DNA of 64,000 nucleotides. It comes from Callorhinchus milii (taxonomy: Eukaryota). The notes beneath the pieces were generated by a model, which saw only the letters and a program-made list of their open reading frames with translations, was not told where the DNA came from and made no database searches. The translations under genes and the position numbers were made by a program. Each line of letters begins with the position of its first letter. The first letter of the stretch is position 1. Positions 13,009-26,144 of this stretch are shown here, piece by piece. Location of the stretch: NCBI RefSeq assembly GCF_018977255.1, contig NW_024704743.1, positions 36,086,001 through 36,150,000 on the forward strand. Reading direction: 5' to 3'.

Positions 13009-15530
13009 AGGAGTGCTGAGAGGTCTGTTCTCCTGGAAGACACCATTACCAGAAGAACTCTCAACCCTTATAACTTCTAGCAGTTTACCAATCCGGCAGA
13101 CTCGACCAGTTGTTAACCCAAATACCTTTGGGTGGACGTTAAGCTGGTGCTGTTGAGTCCAGTGCTGCTGTGCTCTATACAGGAACCACACAGAGAGGCG
13201 ACTGCTACTCCTCACAGCTATTGCTGTGGTTTTTTTTAAAAAAACACAGGCAAATAAATGTACAGGCATAGTAACTGGTTATTAAGCTGCAGCTAGCATA
13301 ACGTTGCATCAACATAAATACACTATTATAGCCACAGAGAAGTGGGGCAGAGTATTAGTCGGGATCTTTTGATTAAATATTGTATATATATCAGTTGGAT
13401 ATTTTTAAACTTATTGTACAAATTGCCTGTAAATACATAGTCACTACACTTAACAACATTGGATCCTGTGACAGTTCGACAGTGCTAAAGCACTATTAAA
13501 TTCAGCGATTATTATTATAACCATGTGTCAGCCACATATCATTGACACAGCTGTCACATATTGCATAGCACAGTGAGGTCAGCACCTGTAAACTTAAAGA
13601 TGTGCTTTGTAAAATGTTGGAATTTTTTTTTGGCTGTGTAAGGGGAAGGGGTAAGAACAAAGAATAATGAAACAAAGCTTACAGAGGATCTGTGAGGCAC
13701 CCAGTGAACCTATCTATTTGAGCATCTGTGTACAGCTGTACTCCAATAGCATAATAAAACAGTGACTGCATATTCATATACTGCAGTGTTTATCTAACAC
13801 ATACAGAATTTCTCTCCAGAGTACAACAACGGCTACAACATTCAGATTTGACACTGCAACTCACCAGTGAGGATGCTTCCTGCAGTACTTGAGACTTTAT
13901 ATATATCCTTTTCCTCAGAAGTATGATGTGCATCAGAGGATTTCCAAAAACAAGGTTTCCATAAAAAACAAAATGTTTCAACATTTGTCATTTTAATTAA
14001 TGTTATTCCTTTATGAAAATTGCTTTTGGTTGTTGAGAGAATCAGTGTGTTGCCGGGGATCCAAACCACCCAGAATCAGCATGAATTTCTAAACCACTTC
14101 ATAGCCATATTTTCATTAAACAAAGTAACAATCTGCTGCACTAAAGCTTTTTGTTTTAAAAAGGCCTGTTTTATTTCTTGTTCTTCCTCCTACAGTGGAC
14201 TATTTTCACCAGTGCACTCATTTCACAAAACCTTTTAATAATTATCATAATTATTTTTGCATTTCATTAGGATGAACAATATTGCAACCCCAATGAAATG
14301 GTACTTAATTTCCATTACTCCATTTTCATGACATGGTATTGGAGTATCCTTCCCAGTAATATTCTCTCACAAGCTTCTTATATTCACTGTTAACGTCAGC
14401 ACCACTTTAATTTAGCTCATAGAGTGCCGTGTGTTATTAAGTGACTCATTCTGATTATGGATTAGATGGTGGTAGATCTATTGCTTATAGGTAGAAGATT
14501 TCTGTCATTTAATGTCACAGGCAGGTAGCACCCACAATGCTATGTTTAGAATAATTTACTTCACGATGTGTGCATTTGAAACCCAGGCTCGGCAGACACC
14601 TTTTCATGCACACGACTCTTTAAAATTGAAGTGCCAGAGTATTTGGGGGGCAACTTAACATGATGCTGCTTTGAGTTTGATTCACCAGTGTCATTGGAGC
14701 TCTTAACAAACGTTGGATGTGCCAGAACTTTGTAATTTTCTTCCTCATCGACTGGCCTGGATTAATTGTGTTTGCGCAGGACAAGTTCTTACGTTTCTAC
14801 TGAACTCTGAGTGTGGTGGGGAGGGGAGACAGGAGCAGAAGTTATCCAAAGTTAAATGAATTCTGGAAGACAAACTGGGAGGCCAGCTACATAAAAAAAT
14901 AGCCTTGTAGAGACCACTACAGCTGCCCTCAGACACATATACTGTACTTCCCACCAGCTGACTCTAAGAGGAGTACAGACTGTTGTTTCATTAGCCCACC
15001 CTCTGATTGAAATAGCGGTTTCATTGTCAACAAGATTAATGATTCAAAGGAACAAGTCATAAAAAGAAAGAGGAAACGTTTTCATAAAATAGTTTTGTAT
15101 ATATTCAAAGCCACATCTCCCTGTCAACATTCAGTGGATGGTCTCGCACCACCCCCCCCAAAATTAATTCTGTTAGCTAAAACTAATGCAAAAATGTCAT
15201 TGCAATGGCCAGGGAATATTGAGAGAATGAATTTAATGTGCAGTGTAATTTCCTTTGGCTGTTGAGTAATCAGATGATACTAATAATAGCAATCCTTGCA
15301 TTTGACACATGATACTGGGCTATATCAAATGCTTGACCGAATATACTGCAAAGTGGATTGACTGTGCATTTTGTGGACGAATGGCACAGCAGGTGTAAAC
15401 AATTGCTTTGCTTGACCAGATCACGCTGCCTCAGAGTTCACGATCTGAGTGTCACAAATTAATTGTCATCAATGCACAATTTTAAATTAAGAAAATGCAG
15501 TAACAGAATGTTAGACTTTTGTGTGTGTCA

Positions 15531-16266
15531 GGAGTGGGGTGGGGGGAGTAGAAGGGTGGCCAAAAGAACAGTCGAAGGAGAAGATCTTTAGATGGGACTT
15601 GATGGGAGCAAGACCATGGAGAGCTCTGAAGGTGAGAACGAGGGTTTGTACTCGATTCTCTGAGGGATGAGGAGCCAGTGAAGCCGGGCAAGAACGGGAG
15701 TGATTGATTCGTGGAGTATGCTGTGGGAGAGGATACGAGCTGCAGAGTTCTGAATAATCTGCAGCTTGTGGAGGGAAGCATTGGGAAGTCCAGTGAGGAG
15801 GCAGTTGGCGTAGTCAAGCCAGGACATGAAGAAAGCGTGGATCAGGGTCTCGGCAGCCTGTGGTGAGAGGCAGTAGCGGAGGCGGGCAATGTTGCGGAGG
15901 TGGTGAAAGGCGGAACAGATCACGACATGAATATGGGGTTTGAAGGATAGCTGGGGGTTGAAAAGGTCATCAAGGTTTCGTATTGGCTCGGTGAGGTGAA
16001 AAGTGCAGCCATGAAAAATGATAATGTCAGCGCCTGAGGTGAGGATGTGCGGCCGGGAGCCAAGCAGAAGGGCCTCTGTCTTGCCAACATTGTGCTGGAG
16101 GAAGTTGGCTCTAGTCCAGGACTTGATGTCAGAGAGACAATTAGCCAGGATATCAACTGTCCTGGAGTCGTCGGTGGAGGCGGTGAGATAGAGTTGGGTG
16201 TCATCCACATATGTGGAAATTGACCCCATGCCTGTGGATGGGGAGGAGCATGTATAGATTGAAGAG
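15531..16266 (-). mobile_element. L2 LINE fragment with RT core remnant
   Basis: ORF 15588-16229 reads YVDDTQLY (YADD motif)...CLSDIKSW...ETLIHAFFMSWLDYANCLL...LHWL. Confidence 0.95.
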
Positions 16267-17384
16267 TTTATAGATCAAGTAACCTTTTACAGTAATTTTG
16301 AGACTTGGACTTGTCCAACCATAAAAAAGTACCTTTGCATCATTCAGCTAGTTGTGTGAATAGAATTCATGATCTTCTTATTAGAGAGGCTCGGTGTGTA
16401 CTTGAGTGCGTCGGTTGCCATGCCTCCCAGCCCAGCGCTTTACAGTATTTCTGTCATTGGTCTCAGCACTTGTTGAATAAAGACAATTCATGCATGTCTG
16501 GTACAGATTAAGTGTATTTGTGTGTATGGTGGGAAACCCTATCCTGCACCAGGCACTCAGTAGAATCCTTGAAGTTTTGCAAGATAGAAAGAGGCCATTG
16601 TGTCTGTGCAGGTGCTAACTCCTGCTCTAATCCCATTGTACTTTCTGTGTGGAGTCAGCCTGACTTTTGGTCATTATACTAAACGTAGCTCTACTGATGT
16701 TGGCCAGGTTATATTTAACAATAAGCTTTTTAATTTTGCATCTCCTCAATGCCAAAGAATACTACCATGGGTTTGCTTGCTCGCACAAACGCACACACAC
16801 ACACACACACGCCAACACACACATTCAGCATATGAGTCCATGAACTTGTTTTGTGCATTCTTATATGAAGTGGGGATATTTGCTGATGCTCCATGATGGA
16901 GAGAACTAGATTGTTCACTGTGTGTATATTCAGTGTTACTGGGTCAACACAAGACATACTTAGTTACCTACGCATCACCAATTGGACTGAAGAGTTGGCT
17001 CCTGCCATTAGGGAACTACAGTATAAAGCTGATATTATGATTGTCATATCACAATACGCATTAAATTCTTAGTCGTTGTTTTGGCTGCAAAGGTTAAAGT
17101 GAAACTAATCTCAATGCACATAAAATTTGGGACCACCACCTCATGGTGGTCTTTTTTTGTGGCATACATAAGAACGATCATGAATCACCAGAACTTCCAC
17201 TGTTTGTTTTACTCCCACTTCTGTAATTCAAGTTATCGAGTACAGCAGGCATATGAAAAGGTGCTGCATTTTCTGTTCGATCTGCATAACAGTAGATGGT
17301 CTGAGGCTAATATCCGTCCAACCATCAGAAAACTCAGAATGGCTCCCAGCCTCCCACTGCCAATGCTTTATAAGAAAATAATGT

Positions 17385-17553
17385 GCTCACTCAATCCATG
17401 ACGGTTTGTGGGACACTGCTGTGCGCAATTGGCTGCCGCGTTTTACCCACCGACTACACGGTCAGTCCACTTTACGATATATTTTGTGAAGTGTTTTGCG
17501 ACGTCTCAACAACGTGATAAGGCTTTATATCAAATGTAAGAATTATTATTATC
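17385..17553 (+). mobile_element. 5'-truncated tRNA-SINE
   Basis: Deu-like core and tail only. Confidence 0.85.
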
Positions 17554-18672
17554 ATAAGAAGGGCTGCACAATTTTTTTATTGTGCATTGTCGTCAAGGAT
17601 CAGTTTCTCGAAAATCACCAGATACTTTAGAAATGAATTTGAACCCATTAAATATTCACGAGATCTCTGGGACGTGTTCATCCCCATGATTGTTTTTATT
17701 AGTGTATTTCAAACGCACATATTGAAGTTGTGCTTGGGACTGTGCAGCTCCTGTTAAACAGAATTATCTGTACAAGATCCATGTTTTGAAGGTGAAACGA
17801 GTGTTTTTTTAAAAAAAATAGTAAAATCTTTTTGCGAGAGAAGTTAAACTATTCTGCACCCCGAACTCTAAATCCGAAATATATTTTTAATCAAAAATTC
17901 AGCATTTCCATATTTGCCTCCCTTTAATGTACATTTACAAACACTAGCATATTGTGAAACTACAAACAAGGGGTAACTTTGCCAATTTGATTTCAGATTA
18001 AAAATAGTATGTGCTTAAATATATTGTCAAAGTCCGGGCTTAAATTTTGTAGGACTAAAATGGCTGCCCTATTATTTTCTTGCACTCTCATCTACAGGAG
18101 ATTTTCAGTACTCTGCACACATTTCAAAGATTATGTGGACACAGGAGGAAATCTCTGCAGGTGTCGATTTCTACAAGCTCCCCAGTGCTCTGCTGATCTG
18201 GTGCAATGGCCAGTGTTATTCTCTAGTTTTTTGAGAAGATATTCTTGATCTTCTCAACATTACTAGAAGCCCGGAACCACCACTTTGATGCAGGCCAGGC
18301 TCTTGTAAAGAAAACAATAACACAATATAATTTATATTTATATAGTGACTTTCCCGTTGCGAGGACATATCAAAGCACTTGACCTGCTGGATGGGCACCC
18401 GGCCGAGGAGAGTGAGGAGGGGAAAGATGTCCAACCCTCCCATTGATTGTGACACGAGGTTTACTGGCAGTATATAATAGAAGTTGCTGATGTGGCCATA
18501 TCAATATTGTGTGCCATTACAGCACCTAAAATCTCTTTGTATTTGATTGTGATATATGTTTGGTGGAGCCCATGCCAGCACCTATCAGAGAGCGTGAGAG
18601 TTTACACTTGAGGGACTCATTGATGAGGCAGTGAATTCTCCTTGGTCACTATTCAAACTATTCAAAGGATTC

Positions 18673-18908
18673 CAAGGGAGAAATTCCACCTGGGTTTAGA
18701 TTGACACTATTTAAATAGCATCCAGAATTATTTTGGCAAATAGTTAAATTCAGTCGTATCTTTTAAGTTGGTTTTGCTTATTTCTTAAAAGAAACCTACA
18801 GAAAACCGTCATTATAATTGAGACTGTGCTAAAATTTTTTCCAAATTCTGGATTCTCTCAAATCCTTTATAAATAGCGTAAATTAGACCCAGGTGGAATT
18901 TTTCCTTG
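18673..18908. mobile_element. MITE-like fold-back element
   Basis: Imperfect terminal inverted repeats of about 40 bp: caagggagaaattccacctgggtttagattgacactattt versus the reverse complement of the right end, caaggaaaaattccacctgggtctaatttacgctattt. Confidence 0.6.
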
Positions 18909-21272
18909 TCGATGTGCTCATGCCCCAGAGCTGCTCCATTATCATTTCACATCACATTCAAGGTTCCCTGTTAGTGAATTAGAAGGATTGCACATGATTA
19001 GAAGAAGGCCTCAGGTTTTTTAAGATAAGACCACAAACTACATAGTAGATGTATTCAGTAATCATTCAACAAAGACAACAAATTGATGTCAACCCTTTAT
19101 TGCATATATTTTGACAAGTCATAAAGGCAGTACATATTGGTAATGGGAACGGATGCAAGCGTGACAGGAAAAAGGCGATCTGTCATCCTAGTGACAGCTA
19201 ATTTATTTTACCATCTGTTTGTAATCCTTCATGTGGGAGTGAGATTGATATGATTGATCTGCCATTGTGACCTGCTATCGGACAAACTAATCACTGTTTT
19301 GATGCAGGAGATTCCCTCAATATAAATAGATAACAGGAGCCTGAATCTCATGGTGCTCTTCGGTTCGAAATCATTGTCTTAATATGTAAGATAATGTGGA
19401 ATGTTGGAAAATAGTATTAAATTTGTCTTAATTTGTGCAGTTTGAAACTGCAAACTTCCAAATTCTGATTGAATCGTAGTGTGTCGACCTGACATGAAAA
19501 GGTGCTATAGCAAATGTAAGGATTATTATTATCATTATTATAACATGAGACATTGTTGTTTTAAATTTCATGCCCAAATATGAGAACTATACCTACAACT
19601 CCCGGCTCAGGAAGTCTGTGTGGTTTACATATTAATGGGCCATAGGTGAAATTATTGCTTGAAAACTAACCACCCTTTTTCTTTATAATTTTGGGAAACT
19701 GTATTTCAGTTGCAAATGAAGTGTCGTACACTCTAATGGCTTGTCCGTATCGACTGGTCAGCTCTTCATACCATGGAGTTTTTTCATCTGCAATTGATAT
19801 GAATTAACATCATTTATTAATTCAGTTATTTGGTGTTCATGAAGTGTGCGATGGGTTTTTCTGCAGCCATACTCTCATGGATTTCCTTCCTGCAAGATAT
19901 ATTTTTGCCGCAACCAGCAATCTGCAAAATTAACACTTCCGACTGATCGATAACACTCTAGTGTTTGGTGATTGTAGTGCTCCTTCACTTTTATCTGTCG
20001 AGGCTGTCGAGCTCCTACAGCTCATCAACTGGTAAGAAAACCATGAACTTTAAATCAAACTGACTTTATCTAACATAACTGAATAATCAGGGATAGGGGA
20101 CTTTGGAAGTTATGAATATTATTGTATGGTTTGTGTGTGTCTGCCAAAGTTTAAGGCATAGCTTCAAAGTTCAATATTGTACACTCACATCATATCTAAA
20201 GGCACTGTTAGGATATGTTTTAATAGTGAAAGTGAAGCTGCTATTCAGGACTTTATCCCTTCAGGTCGATACAGATAATCTTAGTAGAAAAGGTATATTT
20301 GGTAGGCACAATACTTTAGTTAATTAACACGCTCCACCATCGAGATAAGATCTGACCTCATGTCAGATGTCATTCCCTAACATAGAAATTCAGTGTCCAT
20401 TCAGCTGTCTTGGAGGATGCACTGAAACTAGACAAAACTGTACCTGAATAGAGTGGAAGGAGGGAAATTCAATAGTGAATCAACCCAGCTGCCGTTGTTC
20501 ACCTCATGGCAGCTATTTGAGGAGTGGGTGACTACCCTCAAGAAACAAGAAAGCAGCCAACTAAATGTGGGGCTTTTTGTTCCAATGTGGTACATCTTTT
20601 ATATAGATTTCCATAGATTGTACAGTACACAAACCGGCCATTCAGCCCAACTAGTCTGTGCCAGTATTTATACTCCACACTCACTCCTTACTCCCTCCCA
20701 TACCCTTCTTTCCTCTTCTCCCTCTTAAATGCATCTAAACTGTACTATCTGCTATATTATTCCTTATGGAAGCTATGCACCAGGGTTTTTCTAATTATAT
20801 CTACCTACTTAGATTCTATTTACTTAGATCTAACTGCCCTGTTCATCAATCTTACCAAGAACGGATTCAATGTAATTGGAAATCCTTGTTTCAAATGTAC
20901 AATTCTCACCGTTCCTTCCGTATTGTTTCCAACAGAAACAAACTGTTTCTCTTCTCCTTCACTTATTCATTTTTTGCCTCTAATTTCTTGATAAATCCTT
21001 TCTCTTCCATTACACTCTTCCATAATCCCATACCAACCACAAGGCTTGCAGTATGTACATCCACAGAAAGAGGGAGTCAGTGTGCTTCAGGTACACCTGG
21101 GGGAAAAGTTACAAATAATAATTTCACATCTATGTGGAAAATAATCCATTTCTGTACCGTAATATCAATCTAATTTACAATTTTTACTTTTAGTTCATTG
21201 CATATGTCTTCAGTCCTTCATATCTTTGTTTGACAAATAGAAAAATGCAGCTGCTGGAAAACCTGTAGCTTC

Positions 21273-21595
21273 GGAGTCCTGTAGCTCAATGGTTAGAGCA
21301 CTCGCTTTGCATGCGAGAGACCTGAGTTCAATTCCAGGCAGGGCGAAACCTTGGGCAAGTTTCCTTACTCCACACGCCTAATAATAATCCCTCCAAAACC
21401 CCAAAACAATAATAAAATTGGTCATTTTCAATCTACGACTGTTTGTGGGACATTGCTGTGCGCAATTGGCTGCTGCGTTCACCCACAAATATACAGTCAA
21501 TTCACTTTACAGTGTATTCTGTGAAGCGCTTTGGGACGTCCTCCCGACGTGAAAAGCGCTATATCAAATGCAAGGATTATTATTATTATTATTAT
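21273..21595 (+). mobile_element. tRNA-Ala-derived SINE, short form, young
   Basis: Head GGAGTCCTGTAGCTCAATGGTTAGAGCACTCGC-TTTGCAT-GCGAG (TGC anticodon). Lacks the ~60-bp internal segment. CpGs retained, long (att)n tail. Confidence 0.95.
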
Positions 21596-21615
21596 AACCT
21601 TTGCCGACTTGGTGC

Positions 21616-21760
21616 GTCAGCCTGGCTCCATTGGTAGCACTTTTGTTTCTGGGTCAGAAGGCTGTGGGGTCAAGCCCCACATTAGAACTTTGAGCTCACA
21701 TTCTAGGCTGGCGCTACAGGGTGCACTTTCATTGTCAGAGAGACGTTGTCAGAAAGATAT
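21616..21760 (+). mobile_element. SacSINE1-like DeuSINE 5' fragment
   Basis: gtcagcctggctccattggtagcact...gtcagaaggctgtggggtcaagccccac...ctaggctg. Confidence 0.7.
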
Positions 21761-21782
21761 TCAGATGTGTTCTGGCTAACAA

Positions 21783-22596
21783 TCAACAGCAACAAATTAC
21801 ATTTGTACAGCACCTTTTACACGGGGAGGATGTCCCAAGGTGCTGGACAGTCAAGGATTTGGACCCGAGTAGGGGGTTGCGATCAGGAGGGTTGGAGGGT
21901 AAGGATAGGAGGGTGATCGAGGACGGGGCCGAAGAGAAGGGTCTTGAGACGTGCCTTGAAGGAGGCAAGGGAGGGAGCAAGGAGATGGTCTGTGGGGTGG
22001 AGTTCCAAAGTGTGGGGCACAGAGGCTGAAGGCCTGGCCGCCGATGGTGACGCGGGCCTGGTCGGGCGGGGGACGTGGAGCAGGCTAGAGCCTGCTGAGT
22101 AGAGGGAGCGGACAGGTTGATATAGGGTTAGCAGGTCACAGAGGAAGGGAGGAGCAAGGCCATGGAGGGCCTTGAAGGCGAGGTGGAAGATTTTAAGCTC
22201 TATCCTCTTGGGAATGGGGAGCCAGTGGAGCCTGGTGCGGGAGAGGGCACAAGCTGCAGAGTTCTGAATGATCTGCAGCTTGTGGAGGGAAGAGTTGGGA
22301 AGGCTGACACACAGACATTTGGCGTAGTCGATCTTAGCTGTAACAAATGCATGGATGAGGGTCTCGGAGGCCTGAGGGGAGATGCAGTGGTGGAGCCGGA
22401 CGATGTTGCGGAGGTGGGGGAAGGCAGAGCAGGTCATGGCACAGATGTGGGACAGAAAGGACAGTTGAGGGTCAAACAAGATGCCAAGGTTCCTCCGGAC
22501 TGGCTCAGTGAGGTGGAGTGTGAATCCTGGTTGGTGATGCTGCCAGCGCCTGAGATGTGGAGGCACTGACAGGAGCCAATCAGGAGGGCCTTGGTT
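21783..22596 (-). mobile_element. L2 LINE 3' fragment
   Basis: ORF 21883-22566 reads RNLGILFDPQLSF...ETLIHAFVTAKIDY...LHWLPIPKRIELKI; L2 tail present. Confidence 0.95.
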
Positions 22597-22644
22597 TAGC
22601 GAAGGAGTAAACCTGATTTACGTAGCTCAGGTGATGATCTGGAG

Positions 22645-22868
22645 AACTGCTGTATCACACATTGTGTCGAGCGTCTCAAGTGTTGGTATAGCTGCACTCA
22701 TCCAGAGAGTGGTGAGTGTTCCATCACACTCCTGACTTGAGGCTTGTAGATGATATAGAGGCTTTGAGGAGTTGGGAGGTGAATTAATCTATGCAGAGAA
22801 ACTAGCCTCTGCCCTGTTCTTGTACCCTTGCTATTATGTGGCTGATCTAATTAAGTTTCTTATCAATG
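22645..22868 (-). mobile_element. CR1-clade LINE ORF2 fragment
   Basis: Minus strand reads IYKPQVRSVMEHSPL and, after a frameshift, WMSAAIPTLETLDT, typical of the region after the CR1-clade RT domain. Confidence 0.7.
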
Positions 22869-23044
22869 TTTACTCTAAATCACAGGCTTATGGTGTCTGC
22901 TGGTGTAGAAACCTTGTGTTCCTATCATGGTAAAGACAACCCTAGACTGAGATGGAAGGACTCAGGTCAGGTGAAGGTGAGGAGCCGAGTTCTCTATATA
23001 AGCCCAGACTTGGTCCAACTCGGCCTCTTCCTGATATATTATGA

Positions 23045-23722
23045 TAACAACAAATTGTCTTTATATAGCACTTTCACGTCGGGAGGACATTTCAAGGCGC
23101 TGGACAATCAAGGGTTTGTATCCGAGCTAGGGGTTGGATATAAGAGTAAAGGGAAGATGACAAAGACATAATCAAAGAGGAAGGTCTCAAGATGAACCTT
23201 GAAGGAGGTTAGGGAAAAGGCAAGAAAAAGGGATTCAGAGATGGAGTTCCAGAGCGTGGGGGCAAATAGCACAAAGCAGGTCCACCGATAGTGGGACAGG
23301 CAGGGTGGGGGACGCCAAGCAGGCCCATGCTTGCAGATCAGAAGAAAAGAGTGGGTTTGTAAGGTTTTAGAAGGTCAGAAAGGTAGGATGGGGCAAGGAT
23401 CTTGGAACTTGATCCTTTGGGGGGTGGGAAGCCAATGTAGTTGGTGAGGATGGGAGTGATAGGCTCACAGAGCCTGGTGCGGGACGTGAGCAGCAGAATA
23501 TTGAATAGTCTGCAGTTTGTGGAGGGAAGATTTGGGAAGACCGGCAAGCAGAGAGTTAGCATAGGAGGTGATAAAAGCATAGATAAGAAACATGGCAGCC
23601 TGAGCAGAGAAGGAGAGGTAGTGGTGGGGAAAACCTGAACAAGTCAAGCCACGGATGCAGGGTTTAAAGAACAATTGAGAATCGAACAAAACACCAAAGT
23701 TCTGTACTGGTTTAGTAAGGTG
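23045..23722 (-). mobile_element. L2 LINE 3' fragment
   Basis: Translates to FLIYAFITSYANSLLAGLPKSSLHKLQTIQ; L2 tail present. Confidence 0.9.
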
Positions 23723-23724
23723 GT

Positions 23725-23837
23725 TTCACCCACAAAGTATACAGTCAATTCACTTTACAGTATATTCTGTGAAGCGTTTTGAGATTCTTAAAGACGTAAT
23801 AAGGCGCTGTATCAAATGCAAGGATTATTATTATTAT
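23725..23837 (+). mobile_element. tRNA-SINE 3' fragment
   Basis: tatacagtcaattcactttacagtatattctgtgaag...caaggattattattatt. Confidence 0.85.
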
Positions 23838-23914
23838 GTACAGTGATGCTGAACAGTGTTACCAATATGACTAAGTCTAACACAACATTATACTGCAAAG
23901 GGGATCATCAGTAT

Positions 23915-24310
23915 AAGTCTGGCTTTACAGGTAGCTCTCCTCCCTATGGGTCAGCAGGTTGTGGATTTAAGCTCAGAATTATAAGGCGCCACACCAGAGC
24001 AATACTGAGAGAGAGCTGCAGTAGTAGAAGAACTGGACTTCCGATGAGATGTTAATTCCTGTTCAGGTGGATATTAATGATTATGGAGAATGTCAGGAAA
24101 TTTTGTTGGTGTCCAGGCCAAATTTCCTGCCTCATACAGAATTCATTAAAACACAATTAAATTGGTCATTCCCCTCTTTGCTGTTTGTCATTGCTACTTG
24201 TAGAATAATGTAGGTGAAGATTAGCTGTTGTCTTTTTCTACATAATAGCTATTGGACTTCAAATTAACTCACTCTGTGAAGCACATTGTCTTTTGATGTG
24301 AATAGAAGTT
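23915..24310 (+). mobile_element. Old SacSINE1-like DeuSINE
   Basis: Degraded head, gatgagatgttaa...ttcaggtgga, gtgtccaggcca and Deu core in the expected order. Confidence 0.65.
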
Positions 24311-26144
24311 ATTTTAAATGCATTTAATAGTATCACTGCCTGGACAAACCATTATTTAATCATTCTGTTTGTCATGTTTACTATAGGAACCTCAAGCACA
24401 TTAATAGTGGGCTATTGTTGTCCTCCTTTACTCCTGATCTGATGTTTAGGTGATGAAATTAGCATTGTTTGACAGATAAGGGTTCATCTAACAATAACAA
24501 CAATACGAAGAGTAGCATCTCAGAGCCCTTGAATTTAAATCTTTCTGTCAGTGAAAATTTAGTCAAACATTGTTTGAATACTTTTCGGAAATGCATAAAA
24601 CACTTTATATTGCAAAAGTGAAATACTGTAATATAATATTAATTTATTTTGCCCCATATAAAGCACAGTTTGGTAGTGATGACTAAGTTTATGCCTTTCG
24701 GTCTGTGAAGATTGAGATCACGTTCGTGCTTTTCTGATACAAATATGATTTTTTTTAAAAGGATGTTTCAATTAAATTAAGCGGGCTAATTTTTTCACAA
24801 AATCTTTCCAGAATAGGCCACGAACTCTTATGCTTTGTAATAAAATAGTAATTTAATAAAGGGAAACATTTTGACATAGATTGTTAAGATGAGAGGCTGG
24901 ATTGAGGCTGGAGGGACCATTTAGGTTGCTGCATCCGGAGGCAGGAGAAAATGTTTGCTGTTCCAATGCCAGGGGAATGCCCTTCTTTCTTCTTCCTCCT
25001 TTTTTATAGTGCGTTGTGTGTGCTGATAGATAAGGTTTTGCGCTCCATAGCTGCATTTCAGCACAAGTTTGAAGCGAGATTATTTGTTTATATGTCAGTA
25101 GATTGTTGAAATGTCTTTGGGTGAAATTAGTGGTGTTGCCCAACTGTATGTGTAATGAAATGATCCAATTTTCTAAATGTTTGATAATTAAAGACACGTT
25201 CAGTAACATCCCCTCCCCCGAGACATGATAAAATGGTATCCCCTGAGAAATTGCCTGCACTGAAATAGTGCCCCATTTGCTGAGATTGTCATTTGAGTGC
25301 AACAGTGGAGGATACAGAATGAATTATGGCGGATTTTACCAGACTCAAATCTGAAATTTTCCAAGCTGCTGTTGTATCACAGCAAAAACATTGGATCTCA
25401 AAGCAGGTAATTCAGGGGATGGCTACTGAGGTAATGGGGCATTCATTATAATAATCCTTACAATTTGATACAGTATCAAATACATTAACAAGATGTTTGT
25501 GCCATTTGGACATATTGGCTAATGTTCTTATCACATTGAACATGTTATGAAATGCCACTAATTTCACCTTATCAATTTTGTTATAGTACGTCTAACACTC
25601 ATTTGCAGGACATGCGTCTTATTTTTCTTGCTTTCAGTGAGGAGACATTAAAACATTTGACTGGTGTAGTGACATTGTCCCCATCATATGCTGCACTTGC
25701 AGCTTTGCTCTATGGTAATCTGCGAGCCACATGAAAGGTGCATTGCTATTGAAAATTGCCTGAGCTGTCCTTGCTCGTTGTACTAACAACACAATTGTAC
25801 TTTTGTACTACTTGGCTGGCACACAGCCTTGAGGATTGCTGAACTGTACACAAATCAATTGAGTTGAGCTATAGATTTAAGATAGTTAAAAATAATTTTG
25901 AATGTCATGATAGAACTCAAACCCAAATCTACAAACTTAAACATTGTGATTAATGCTGAATGGATTTGTAAATTCCACGATTCTCTAAAAATATTGGCTA
26001 TCAGTGCGTCAAAATAGTTTTCATTCCTTAATGGTAGATTTTCGGTAGTATGTTTTGTCTTGTCAAGTATGACTAAACACAGTATTTAGTGATAAAGTTT
26101 GCTTGGGACTCTCCATTTTGCAGTTTGTATCTCCAGTCCTACAG

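Noticed and set aside
15588..16229. Long ORFs (also 21883-22566, 30409-31050, 56285-56902) as protein-coding genes
   Set aside because: They are truncated, frameshifted L2 ORF2 pieces with no endonuclease domain or intact RT.
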